Source: a virus
Lineage: Duplodnaviria > Caudoviricetes
Virus record (IMG/VR): IMGVR_UViG_3300030376_006003
Location: 1 to 64,000 of that record
Reading direction: 5' to 3' (one strand)
Length of the DNA stretch: 64,000 bases
Shown: positions 38,004 through 48,800 of the stretch, in pieces
Position numbering within the stretch: the first letter of the stretch is position 1
Layout: each line of letters opens with the position of its first letter
Notes under the pieces: model-generated
Database searches by the model: none
Told to the model about the DNA's origin: nothing
What the model saw: the letters and a program-made list of their open reading frames with translations, nothing else
Position numbers and translations under genes: made by a program

Positions 38004-38062
38004 ATTACAAAAATACTAAATTTTATTTATTTATTAGGTTATTATATCTAAACTTTTAGAGT

Positions 38063-41000
38063 TTATGAATAACCTAATATCCATTTTCTTAATTTACTTT
38101 TACTTCTTAAAAGATCTGTTTGTCTTTTTTTCATACGTTTTGTTTCTAATCCATGTCTTGCAGTATCATCTTTATTTTTATCTGAAGGTCTACTAACATC
38201 TACACCACTGCTTGTTCCTGGATCATTTTTCTTTCCGTACATTTTTTCATAGTAGATCTTAGCAAAATCTGGGTTTTGAGCATGTAAATACTCATAGTTA
38301 GCTAACTCTTGATCTAAAGGATTAGTAGATGAAACTTTACCATCAAAATCTCTAGCATTATAATATTCAATATTATGTGCTTGCGGACTATACCAGAACT
38401 GTGGATTTTCTAAGTTTCTTATATATAGTTCATCCGCATTAGTCATTTGATCATTAAAAGCATTTACTAAGTTATCTGTTAGTTCCATTTTTGCTACATT
38501 ATAGTTTTCTTTGGCTGCATTGCTGTCATCCATGTATGTTTTAAAGTTGTTAGCAGCCTGTTCACCAGCCTCATTAATAAGAGGGATGTTAATATTTTGA
38601 GCGTTATTATATATCTTAGTATTAAGAGCTTCATGTTTATTAATAATTTTTTCACTTGCATCTTGCACTGCTCCCATAATTGAACTTGCTTGATCAGGAT
38701 TTGCTCTCATTGCTGCAGCTGCTGATGCTTCTACAGATGCCAGCTCTTGTCTAGGATCCACATACATAGGGTTTACTAACACAGGATCAAGTGTAGGTTC
38801 CATAACTGGATTTATTTGTTCTAGTCCTGCTAATTGTGCAGATTTAGTTGCAACAAGAAGATCATCTTGAGGGAATGTTTCATACTCAGGATACTTAGGT
38901 GTTGTCCAATCTCCTGTTACTGGTGCACAATCACAACTTGCCTGATCAAATCTTTGTCCTTTTTCTAAACACTCTTTCATTTTTTCATTTCTCACTTCTT
39001 CAGGGCAAGGAATGTCTTGATCTATTGTTGTTGTAGATGTATTTGTTTTATTGTCTGCTCTGTAGAATTGTCCACCCGTTGTGTGACCTAACTTTCCATC
39101 TACAAATGATACAGGGTTTCCTTCTGCATCTACCATTTTATTATCACCTACTTTCTCATCAGTCCATGTTTTGTTCTTTTTCATGGCTGCAATATCCTTC
39201 TTGGTATAAACATGATGTCCTCCCATTGGTGTTGTTACAATTTGGTCAAGTAGTCCTGATTCATCTTCTAATTTAGCATTATTTAATGAAGTATACATTC
39301 CTTGGAATATTTTAACTTCCTCTTCAGTAGGTGCTGTATCACCCCAACCATATTTTTTTGCTGCAGCATCATCTGGTGCACCATTAGCATCAAACTTATG
39401 ACCAGCACTATGTGCTGTAGATAAAAATTGATTCATTTTGTTAAAGATCATAAATAACTCAGCGTCACTTTTACCTTGAATCCAATTATTTTTACCATCT
39501 TTATTTTTTGCAGCTGCTTCTCTATATTTTTGTATCCAAAGTTTTCTTGGTGGATCAAAATCTTTACTAGCCATTACATCAAATGCGTCTGCATGAGAAC
39601 TTTGACCAGAGCTAAAATCAGGATTATATGTTTCAAAAGCAGGCTCACTAGATCCAATAATAGGCATTCCATATTCGTCAGTACCTTGATACCCCCAGGC
39701 CTCTGATCCTTGTAACGTAGAGGGATCAAACTCACCTGTATCTTGAAATCTTGGTAGTTCTTTTCCGTATTTTGCTACTGAAGGATTTTGTGGTGCTCCT
39801 TGTGGTGGCATTGATGGATCAGCAAAAGGATCAATTTGTAAACTATCTTGTATCATTTTTGCTTCTATAGATTGAGTTTGTATATCAATCTCATTTAGCT
39901 GTTGTTCCATTACCTGAATAGATGCTTGAATCTCATAAGCTTTTTCAGGATCTTCAAGAATGTTTGGATTCTCAGAAATAAAAGATTTAGTTTGTTCATA
40001 CTCTGTTATTAACTGTTTTCTGTACTTCAATATATTCTGAAGTGCTATCTGTGAATCACTTAACCGTCCTTGTTGTGCTGCTTGGTTTATTGCTAAACTT
40101 CCACCATCAGTAAATTGTTTAAGAGAGTCTGCTTTGAAAGGAGATATTGGTCCTGATCCCAATGACATACTTTCACCATAAGATTTAGGGTTTAATGGTA
40201 TTGATGTGGTCATTCCTGATTTAGGATCATAAATTACCTTGTTTGGATTTATATCTTTTTCATCTGATCTAAATATATTACCTATTCTTGTCCCAATATT
40301 TCCAAGAAAATTTCTATTATTAACTTTTGCAGACTCTTGACAATCACATATAGCTTCATTAAATTGTAACCCTTTAGTAACACATTCTTTCATTTTTTCT
40401 CGTGCATTAGGACACTCAATTCCTGGACCTGATTCTGCTGCCATTATTTCTCCTTTAATTTGGTACCCTGGTAATCCAAGAGGATTTTGATCTCTTACAT
40501 ATCCTTCAGGAACTCCCATTTTAGGGACCATTGGTTGACCAGTCATAGGGGATGTTTCCGCACCATATTGAGCTCCAGGTCTAAAAAGAGCTGTTGGTCT
40601 TGGTGGATTATTCAATACATTATCTCTCCAACTAGGAGAACCTGGTATTTGAGACTCGTCAACTAATTCTGGTATTATTTGCTCTAATGAAGGATTTGGT
40701 TGCTCTTTTCTTTTTTCATGCTCTATTTCTCCTTTAGTTTGATAACTTGGTAACTCAATACCATGTTGAGCTCCAGCAAACATTTTACCCATGCTCATCA
40801 TATTACCTACATCTTCTTTTAGCTTTTCATCTTTGTTTTTCATGAAAGGGTTTGCATATTTTAATCCTGCCATACCAAACATTGCTTGTGGTAACTCAGT
40901 ACCATATTTACCCATTGGAGGCATACCTCCTTGCGGTGGTCCTGTAAATTCTTGCAGTCCCCCTTGATTTTGCATAGCCATATATTCTTCATGCGTTGCT

Positions 41001-41641
41001 CCAGGATGAACTGTACCATCAGGCATAGTATGTGTTGGTCCTTGTTGATTGTTTTGTTCTTGTATTTTAGCTTCTAACTCCTGTGGATTAACACCACTTT
41101 CTATAAGAAAAGGATAAGCTGCTAATGGTAATCCATCAGAGAAATTCTTCTTACTCTCTTGTATAAATGCAAGTTGAGATAACTTGATCTTATTTTTGTT
41201 AATCATATCTTCAGCAGTTGCTATAGATATTTTGTCTGAAGTCTCATCTTCTATTATTTCAATATACTTATTTAAAGGGAAATTTTTAGATGCTTTTGCA
41301 GGAGTCATCTTCTTCTTAGATGTTATACCTAATAATTTAAGCTCATCTAAAGTAAGATTCATTTTTCTTGTATCAGAGTATATAAAACTTTGTTCAGGTA
41401 AATTTAAAGGAGTACCGCCATTACTGTGTCTATTACCTCCTATATTATATAGCTCAAATGAACCATCATTAGTAAGATCAGTTAATGCTGTCTCACCTTT
41501 TTCTGCTTCTAGATTAGCTTCATCTCTATTCATTGGTCCTAATGTATTATTTATAGCACCTCCTGCTTTCATTGTTTTTACAATAGTACCATTTACATAT
41601 TTAAAACCTTCTGGTAACTTTCCGTTTATTTTTATTTTCAT
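38063..41641 (-). CDS. Putative virion cargo protein with repeated xxG-x-E-LP motifs
   Basis: N-terminal EANLEAEKGE...GNRHSNGG domain, low-complexity Pro/Gln/Met segments, about 8 motif copies, two Cys4 mini-repeats. Confidence 0.7.
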   Translation of the reverse strand: MKIKINGKLPEGFKYVNGTIVKTMKAGGAINNTLGPMNRDEANLEAEKGETALTDLTNDGSFELYNIGGNRHSNGGTPLNLPEQSFIYSDTRKMNLTLDELKLLGITSKKKMTPAKASKNFPLNKYIEIIEDETSDKISIATAEDMINKNKIKLSQLAFIQESKKNFSDGLPLAAYPFLIESGVNPQELEAKIQEQNNQQGPTHTMPDGTVHPGATHEEYMAMQNQGGLQEFTGPPQGGMPPMGKYGTELPQAMFGMAGLKYANPFMKNKDEKLKEDVGNMMSMGKMFAGAQHGIELPSYQTKGEIEHEKRKEQPNPSLEQIIPELVDESQIPGSPSWRDNVLNNPPRPTALFRPGAQYGAETSPMTGQPMVPKMGVPEGYVRDQNPLGLPGYQIKGEIMAAESGPGIECPNAREKMKECVTKGLQFNEAICDCQESAKVNNRNFLGNIGTRIGNIFRSDEKDINPNKVIYDPKSGMTTSIPLNPKSYGESMSLGSGPISPFKADSLKQFTDGGSLAINQAAQQGRLSDSQIALQNILKYRKQLITEYEQTKSFISENPNILEDPEKAYEIQASIQVMEQQLNEIDIQTQSIEAKMIQDSLQIDPFADPSMPPQGAPQNPSVAKYGKELPRFQDTGEFDPSTLQGSEAWGYQGTDEYGMPIIGSSEPAFETYNPDFSSGQSSHADAFDVMASKDFDPPRKLWIQKYREAAAKNKDGKNNWIQGKSDAELFMIFNKMNQFLSTAHSAGHKFDANGAPDDAAAKKYGWGDTAPTEEEVKIFQGMYTSLNNAKLEDESGLLDQIVTTPMGGHHVYTKKDIAAMKKNKTWTDEKVGDNKMVDAEGNPVSFVDGKLGHTTGGQFYRADNKTNTSTTTIDQDIPCPEEVRNEKMKECLEKGQRFDQASCDCAPVTGDWTTPKYPEYETFPQDDLLVATKSAQLAGLEQINPVMEPTLDPVLVNPMYVDPRQELASVEASAAAAMRANPDQASSIMGAVQDASEKIINKHEALNTKIYNNAQNINIPLINEAGEQAANNFKTYMDDSNAAKENYNVAKMELTDNLVNAFNDQMTNADELYIRNLENPQFWYSPQAHNIEYYNARDFDGKVSSTNPLDQELANYEYLHAQNPDFAKIYYEKMYGKKNDPGTSSGVDVSRPSDKNKDDTARHGLETKRMKKRQTDLLRSKSKLRKWILGYS

Positions 41642-41645
41642 AATA

Positions 41646-44600
41646 TCAACCTGTTATTTGTATATTAGCTCCTGCCTTCATTAACTCATAATATAAATCC
41701 ATATCTATTTCAGCTTCTTGTTCTCCTCCATACTTAGCAGTAGTTCCAACTTTTTTAGTACTACTCATATTTTCTGTAACTAGAGGTGCTTTCTTATCTG
41801 TAACAGCATCTGCAACTTGTGTACCAACACTTTTAGTAGTATCCATAACACCAGCATATCCTGCTGTATCTTTTGCTAATGAAGTAGTTGCTGATGCTAA
41901 ACCATATCCAGGTATTGCAGATGTTGCATTTAATACAGCATTTTCTGTATGTACTTTTCTTTGTTCTGATCCTTCTGGTGCTGCATATGCTCTAGTTCCA
42001 GATATAGCTGAATTAAGAAGATCTGCTCCTGCTGCAATAGGTCCTGAATAATCTTGCATGCCTGCTACAGTTAACCCTGTCTGTGTATAATCTAAAGCTT
42101 TATTAACTGATTCATTTTCAGAAATAGTTTTTTTAGTAGATTCTCCTTTATAGTCAGGAATAAATCCTTGCTCTCCTTTTAACCATCCTTTTAAATTCCA
42201 ATTACCTCCATCATTCATTGTTGGTAATTGACCTCCCCATTTCATACCTGGACATGTTCCTGGTATTGCACATTCTGGTCCTGTTCCTTTTCCATCAGGA
42301 TCATCATAAGGTAAAACTGGAGCACTATAATCTGCTTTAGAGTTTTCTTCATTTGTTGGTCCTACAGGTCTATCGTATGCGTCACATAAAACAGCTCCTT
42401 CTGATCCTGTGTTTCCTCCTCTTAGAAATTTACGTAACTCACCACCTTTTGTATATATACCATAGTCTATAGAATCTTTTGTTTTAAGATATATATCATC
42501 TTCACTTTTATAACCAGTCTTTATTTTTCCGTCTCTAAGATCTTTTTCATACAAGAGTACATCATCATAACCAGCCTCTGTTGCTGCCTTTTTTAAGAGT
42601 TCCTTCTTTTTTGCTTCTTCATTCCTTAAACCATCTGTACTAGATAATCCCCAGTAAGTTAATGCTCCTAGTGTCAGGGGAATTCCTGCGTATTGTAATT
42701 TATTATGTTTTTTTCCATCTCCTATACGTAGACCAGGTCCACTGAATCCGCTTTTAATACCTCTCCATGTTGGAGAATGAATATCCCAATCACCTCCTAC
42801 TCTATCAATTGTGTAATTAAATATGCTTGAATTTTCTTTACCTAATTCTGTATAAAATCTATTTGTTTCATCAACCTTCTCTCTTCCTATTGCATTTAAA
42901 CCTCTTAGTTTAACTCTAGTATTAAAGTTATAATCTGGTTCAAGTATAGATTCAGGTTTAAAGTCTGGATCATTTTTAAACTTATTGGTTCTTAAACCAC
43001 CTTCATTTACATCAAAGTCATAATGTTTCCATATATTTACAGTAGCTTCAGGATTATCTAATGTTTCTCCACTAATAACCCCTGGATATTTCTCTCCAAA
43101 ACCTCTTGTTGATCTTATAGCTGCATCATATAGAGAAGTACCTATACCTGTCTTTCTATATTCGTCTAACACACTCACCATTTCAACTGAAGAGGGTGCA
43201 TTTCTTTTATTTTTAAGATTTAAAAATCCTATAGTGTTAGATTTATCACTACCTATTGGTGTTTCATTAAAATTTATTTTAGTGAAACTAGGTGTTCTTT
43301 TTGCACTAAATAGTACATTATCTCCATAGTCAAATGCTAAAGGATTAATAGGTCTTAAACCTTCCCAAACATACTTAAAACCATTCCACACCCATTGCCC
43401 ACCTTTTTTAATTTTACCTGGTTGTGTAAGTCCCACCTGAGCTTTTGGTAATTCAGCACCATTTTTCATTTTACCTAAATACGTTTTTTGTTTATCTAGA
43501 TATTCATCTTTATATTTAAGAAAATCAACTTCAGGATTCATATAATTAACTACTCCTGATAGATCTGATTGTTGTTCCATTAATTCTTGACCTTGTTGAG
43601 CTTGACCAAATACTTTACCTGTTCCATATAAGCTATCTCCGTACCCTCCTTTATTTACATCATAGAATCCTTTTGATCCTGTTCCTGCAGTTTCTTCCAT
43701 TACTGGAGCTATATCTTCAGCAGATACAGATCTTTTAAACATTTCATTCTGCTTCTGAACATTTCTGTTATATATATCTTCTAAAAACGGAGCTGCTTTA
43801 TCTACAATAAATTCTGATGCCTTTCCATATATATCTGTTACAGCTCCTACAGCTCCAGTGTTAAAAAACTCTTTACCTTTATTCCAAGTGCTTTGTATAG
43901 GGCCATCACCATAACTAACATCAACACCCATATCTTGAGGATCATTCCAAACTCCTCCATTTCCTTCACACTGCTCTCTAGTTGTTGATACACCATCGCT
44001 ACATGAAAAACCTTTTGCAGCACCTTCCATGTCAGTACGGTTAGCAGGGTCTAATACTCTTGGGTTATTAGCATGTGCTTCATTCTTTTCTGCTATACTA
44101 GCATCAAACTCAGCATTATTATCATAGTCAGGACCTGGATCTTTATTTAAATGTGAATCACCTTTAAACCAATTTTTAAGTTTATTTATATTACTTGGTT
44201 CTTCCCAATTAGATTTTGGTTCTGGTTGAAGATCTATTTCTTTATTAGGGTCACCAAAAGATCCTGGTTGTGCCCAAGGCATATTCATAGCAGAAGTAGG
44301 ATCATTATACTCCTTATTAAAATTAGCTACAGGATTATCAAAATACATCTCTGATTGTGATGGAGGTAATTGTAATAAAGATTCTTTGTACATTCTTTCT
44401 TCTTTCTCATCAATAGTTTCTTCAGTTTCTTCACCATCTTGAAATTTACGCAGTGCTCCACCGTATCTATAATCAGTTTTAAAATTATTTTCAAATACAT
44501 CAAAGTTAGTTTCAAAGTCAGCAGTACGTCCACCTGATGCTTGATCATCTTGAGTAGCTCCTCCTCCTACTTGAAATCTTCTGAGCTCTCTACCATATCT

Positions 44601-45797
44601 AGCATCATCCTCTGATTTTTCTTTAGCCTCTCTATTTATTCTTTGTTGTTCTGTTTCTCCTTCAGTAACTATTGTTTCTGAATGCGGTCCATATATTTTA
44701 TCAGGATCATATTTATTCTGCTGAAGTTGTACATTAGTTGTTGGAGTACCTTCTGTCCAAACTGCACTATTAGCCTCACATTGTTCTCTTGTTGTAGATG
44801 TACCATCAGAACAAGAACTTGTAGTTTCTGTTACCTCATCAAAAGATGTAAATCCTGCTAATTTATTGTCTCCTTCTTTGTCAAAATCAAACAGCATTGT
44901 CTGAGCATTAACATCTCCAAGACCACCTTCACCTTTACCTTCCTCTATTATATCATACTGAGTTTGTGTTGACTTATCATAATCTACAGTACCATCTTCA
45001 TTGAAATAAGTATATGTACCATCTTCATTTTTTGTCTTTATACCAAATAAAGCATCTCCGGTCCAAACACCTCCGTTAGCTTCACAGTCAGCTCCGTTAG
45101 TATATTGAGGATCTGAACAACTTCCTTGATCAGGATTCCTATAATGCTCACTTCTTTTCTGACTAACTCTATAGTTAACACCATCAAACTTAGCTGTACC
45201 ATCTTCATTACGGTCCATCCAATTCCATTTACCGTGTGTTAACTCATCAGGTGTCCACCATAAATCTGAATTCCTCATGTCTCCTGATTCTATAAGCCTC
45301 TTTCTTTCTTTATTACTCATTCCAAGATACTTGGCAAAATTTTCTCCGTGTAATAAAGCATTCTCATCTCTAGTGTTTGTTAAATTTACTCTACCGTATT
45401 TCAATGCACCATCAGCATCAAACTTGGAATACTTACCTCCTGGAGTATAGTTATCTTTATCAAAAGCTCCTACAACATTACCAAAAAGATCTCCTGCTCC
45501 TTTAAACATATTCGCCATTAATCCCATAGGACCTAATCCTCCTAAACTATTATACTTGTCTCTGTCTCCTTGATTACCTACATTATTTTTCCACTCTTCT
45601 CTTACTCCATCAAAAGTACGGTCATACTGGTATTTATTGGTTGGTTTGATTTTACGTACAACATCATTAATATTAACTTGACCCGTTTCTTCATATTCAG
45701 GTAAAGTACCTCCACCTTTCATAAAGTGTTGATAACCACCTAAATATGGATAAACGTTAAAAGTTTGTTCTTTTTTCTTTCTCTTCTTTCCTGCCAT
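41646..45797 (-). CDS. Putative virion cargo polyprotein with GNAT-like domain, TM segment and Cys-repeats
   Basis: VSVLDEYRKTGIGTSLY (GNAT motif A), hydrophobic AGIPLTLGALTYWGL, three CSD......CE.N..VW repeats, about 8 motif copies. Confidence 0.7.
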   Translation of the reverse strand: MAGKKRKKKEQTFNVYPYLGGYQHFMKGGGTLPEYEETGQVNINDVVRKIKPTNKYQYDRTFDGVREEWKNNVGNQGDRDKYNSLGGLGPMGLMANMFKGAGDLFGNVVGAFDKDNYTPGGKYSKFDADGALKYGRVNLTNTRDENALLHGENFAKYLGMSNKERKRLIESGDMRNSDLWWTPDELTHGKWNWMDRNEDGTAKFDGVNYRVSQKRSEHYRNPDQGSCSDPQYTNGADCEANGGVWTGDALFGIKTKNEDGTYTYFNEDGTVDYDKSTQTQYDIIEEGKGEGGLGDVNAQTMLFDFDKEGDNKLAGFTSFDEVTETTSSCSDGTSTTREQCEANSAVWTEGTPTTNVQLQQNKYDPDKIYGPHSETIVTEGETEQQRINREAKEKSEDDARYGRELRRFQVGGGATQDDQASGGRTADFETNFDVFENNFKTDYRYGGALRKFQDGEETEETIDEKEERMYKESLLQLPPSQSEMYFDNPVANFNKEYNDPTSAMNMPWAQPGSFGDPNKEIDLQPEPKSNWEEPSNINKLKNWFKGDSHLNKDPGPDYDNNAEFDASIAEKNEAHANNPRVLDPANRTDMEGAAKGFSCSDGVSTTREQCEGNGGVWNDPQDMGVDVSYGDGPIQSTWNKGKEFFNTGAVGAVTDIYGKASEFIVDKAAPFLEDIYNRNVQKQNEMFKRSVSAEDIAPVMEETAGTGSKGFYDVNKGGYGDSLYGTGKVFGQAQQGQELMEQQSDLSGVVNYMNPEVDFLKYKDEYLDKQKTYLGKMKNGAELPKAQVGLTQPGKIKKGGQWVWNGFKYVWEGLRPINPLAFDYGDNVLFSAKRTPSFTKINFNETPIGSDKSNTIGFLNLKNKRNAPSSVEMVSVLDEYRKTGIGTSLYDAAIRSTRGFGEKYPGVISGETLDNPEATVNIWKHYDFDVNEGGLRTNKFKNDPDFKPESILEPDYNFNTRVKLRGLNAIGREKVDETNRFYTELGKENSSIFNYTIDRVGGDWDIHSPTWRGIKSGFSGPGLRIGDGKKHNKLQYAGIPLTLGALTYWGLSSTDGLRNEEAKKKELLKKAATEAGYDDVLLYEKDLRDGKIKTGYKSEDDIYLKTKDSIDYGIYTKGGELRKFLRGGNTGSEGAVLCDAYDRPVGPTNEENSKADYSAPVLPYDDPDGKGTGPECAIPGTCPGMKWGGQLPTMNDGGNWNLKGWLKGEQGFIPDYKGESTKKTISENESVNKALDYTQTGLTVAGMQDYSGPIAAGADLLNSAISGTRAYAAPEGSEQRKVHTENAVLNATSAIPGYGLASATTSLAKDTAGYAGVMDTTKSVGTQVADAVTDKKAPLVTENMSSTKKVGTTAKYGGEQEAEIDMDLYYELMKAGANIQITG

Positions 45798-45825
45798 ACT
45801 ATTGATTCAGTTATAAAGTTACATT

Positions 45826-45858
45826 TATAATATACTAAAAATCAAGCATATTATCTAA
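45826..45858 (-). promoter_or_regulatory. Bipartite promoter-like motif TTAG-N19-GTATATTATA
   Basis: Same core and spacing as at 59470 and 62412; upstream of the ATG at 45797. Confidence 0.6.
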
Positions 45859-48800
45859 TTATTTAATGATTTCATATAATCAAGAACTGTCATTTTGCTA
45901 GCCTTAGCCTCATTATAATAGATGGTATTTAACCTATTATATATACTTTTTAGTTTGTTAAACTTTTTATCTTTATCTAAAATACCATTTACTCTAGTTT
46001 CATATAATAATATTTGGGAAGCTAATGATAAGCCATAATTATTACCATCTGTTTTATTAAACAAGTCTTTACTAACATTAATGTCACTTAAAGGCATACT
46101 TGCTCCACCATACTTCATAGGAGCAACTCTGTCTTTTACTTTTACTTCTGCTTTAGGTTTATTATCTAATAATCCAAAATTTTCCATTTCATTCTTTTCT
46201 GCTTGAGTTATAGTTTCACCTTTATTATATCTTGTTACTATATCTTTCATTCTTGAAAAGAATCTTTTCTGTTCCTGTTTTTGTTTAGTTATATCAACTA
46301 TATCATTATTATCATAATAAATTTTATTATCTTCAATATTTTCTGTTTGAACATTATATTCTATATAAGGTAATTGTACGTCATCATCATATCCTTTTTT
46401 GATTTTATATTTACCTAACATCCCTTCTATACTTTTTTCTGATCCCATCTTAAACTTAGGTAAAAAAGCTCCGTTTTCTAACATGTCTCCTATAACCTCA
46501 TCCTTTACATTAATGGAACCTCCAAACTTATAAGTAGGTATATTTTTAAAAGGTTCTCTTAGATCATGACTCTCCATAAAGAAAGGTGATTTACTTACAT
46601 CTAAATCAGGATTTAAATACCTATTAACCCTTTCTGTATATCCTCCTACAGAAATATCACCTTTGACTGACTCTTTAGAAAACTCACCTTTAGATAACTG
46701 ATCTCTCAGCTCAGGTTGACCTGCTCTATGTAATGCTGCTATTAATTGAAAATCTGAATATTGAGATGAAGCTTCTGGATAACTATGTCTAATTTGAAGA
46801 ATCTCCTGTGGATATACATCTGTAATAAGATATTGCATTAACTTTCTTTGATCATCTTTATTGTTAAGATAATTAGCTTTCCAATCTTGCTCTTCTTTAT
46901 ATCCTAAAACATCTTTACCGTACTTATTTAAATGTTCTATCTTTATTCCAAATCTACCTAATGCATCAGCACTGCTGACATGTGAATAAGCATCATCCAT
47001 ACCACTTTCATACTGTCCTAGGAATGGGTGATTATCTAAATCATATTGTCCTCCTGGTATAGTATTTCCAAACTCATCTAAATCTTTTCCTGTAACATAA
47101 ACTCTTCCTTCAGGTTTTTTATATTTAACTAGACTTCCTGTTTCAAGATGACCTATTGCTGATATTGTAGACCATAATTCATCTTCAGATATATTTTTAA
47201 AAGAATCTTTATACTTCTTTCTAGCCGTAGAGTATTCTACATGCTTATCAAAATCTGGACCACCTACTAATATTTGATCCCCTACCCACATTCTATTAAT
47301 ATTTTTTGCATAATTAGGTTGATCTTTAATATCAGAAAAATTACTATTTACAGAATTTAAAATACCTTGCTCATTCCACAAGTTATATTTTTCACTAATA
47401 TCTGACTTAGTGTCACCAGATTTAACTTTATATCTGTAATATGTTTTACCATTAATGGTTACTTCTTCTGTATCAGAATAATCTACAGCTCCTCCATTTT
47501 CATAGGCTTTGATTTGTCCACCAAGCTGAAAAGCTTTTATTGGACCACTTCCTATTTTATAGTCATGTGGTATTTCAAATTCATACCAGATATTACCTTG
47601 GTCATCACGGATCTCTTTATAATTATACTCTTTACCAAAAGTACCCTTCATTAATTTATTAAACTCTTTTTCTGTATACTTCTTTAATATTGTTTGATAA
47701 CTTTTACCGTATGAACTTATATCAAAAGGTTTTTTCTCATAAGGTTTTTCAATATGTTTAATTTCTCTTATATCATTTATATACTTCTTAGTATTAGGAT
47801 CATTATGTTCTCCAATAAATTTCCAAGAACCATCGTCTTGTATATGATATGTACCAGCTTGTAAATTTTTTGCAGTCTCTACTGGTATTTCCAAATGCTC
47901 CATTGTTTCATCATCCCCAGTTCTAACACTAGAGCGTGTATTTATAGTATACCTACCATCATTATCAAGAGCTATGTGATTATTTTTCCAGTGACCTATG
48001 TTTGCCGTATAAGCATCTATTTCTGCATCACTCCATCCACTTTTATAAAGTGATTCTCTATATGATGCATCATCTGCATAAACATCCCTCCTAGGCTTTG
48101 TTGTCTTTTTTGGAGCCCAGCCTTTTTCTTCATGTGTTATTCTTGGACTGTTATCCAGAGAGTATACTGAATTAACTTCTTTAGGTATACTTACAAAAGG
48201 ACCATGTCTTTTGGCTACTGTAGTATGACCATAAGTATTACCTGTATTCATACTATTTATTGCTTTTTCATATTCAGCAATATTTTCTAATGTCCATGGA
48301 TTTTCAAGTCTATCTGCCAATGATGCCTGACCGCCACCAAATCCTTCAATAGTTGCTACAGTACTAGCATGTGGAAATCTTACAGTTTGATAATTATTAT
48401 CTAATGCGTATCCAATAGTCTCTGAAAATAATCTTCTAGAATGATTTTTTTCTAAATTTTTTAATTGTGCAGTTTGAACATCACTTCTACTTTGTAGTAA
48501 GGCTTGAATTTTATCTCTATTAGATTCTGCATCTTTTAAACTACTTTTAAGATATTTTATTTCTTCTCTTGCTTGTGAAGTATAATTTTGCCATTGTTGG
48601 TTATCAGGCATTATACTATTTTGATCAGGTACAAAATTATCTATTTTATATTGTTTTGCATCTATTTTATTTTGAGCTTCAATAACATATTCATTAGATT
48701 TTTTAAGTTTAGCTAACAGAGGTCTTTGAAATTCATCTGATTGTATTTCCAGTATGTTAAAAGTTTTTCCATCTATAGAGAAAAATCTTGTATGTCCATA

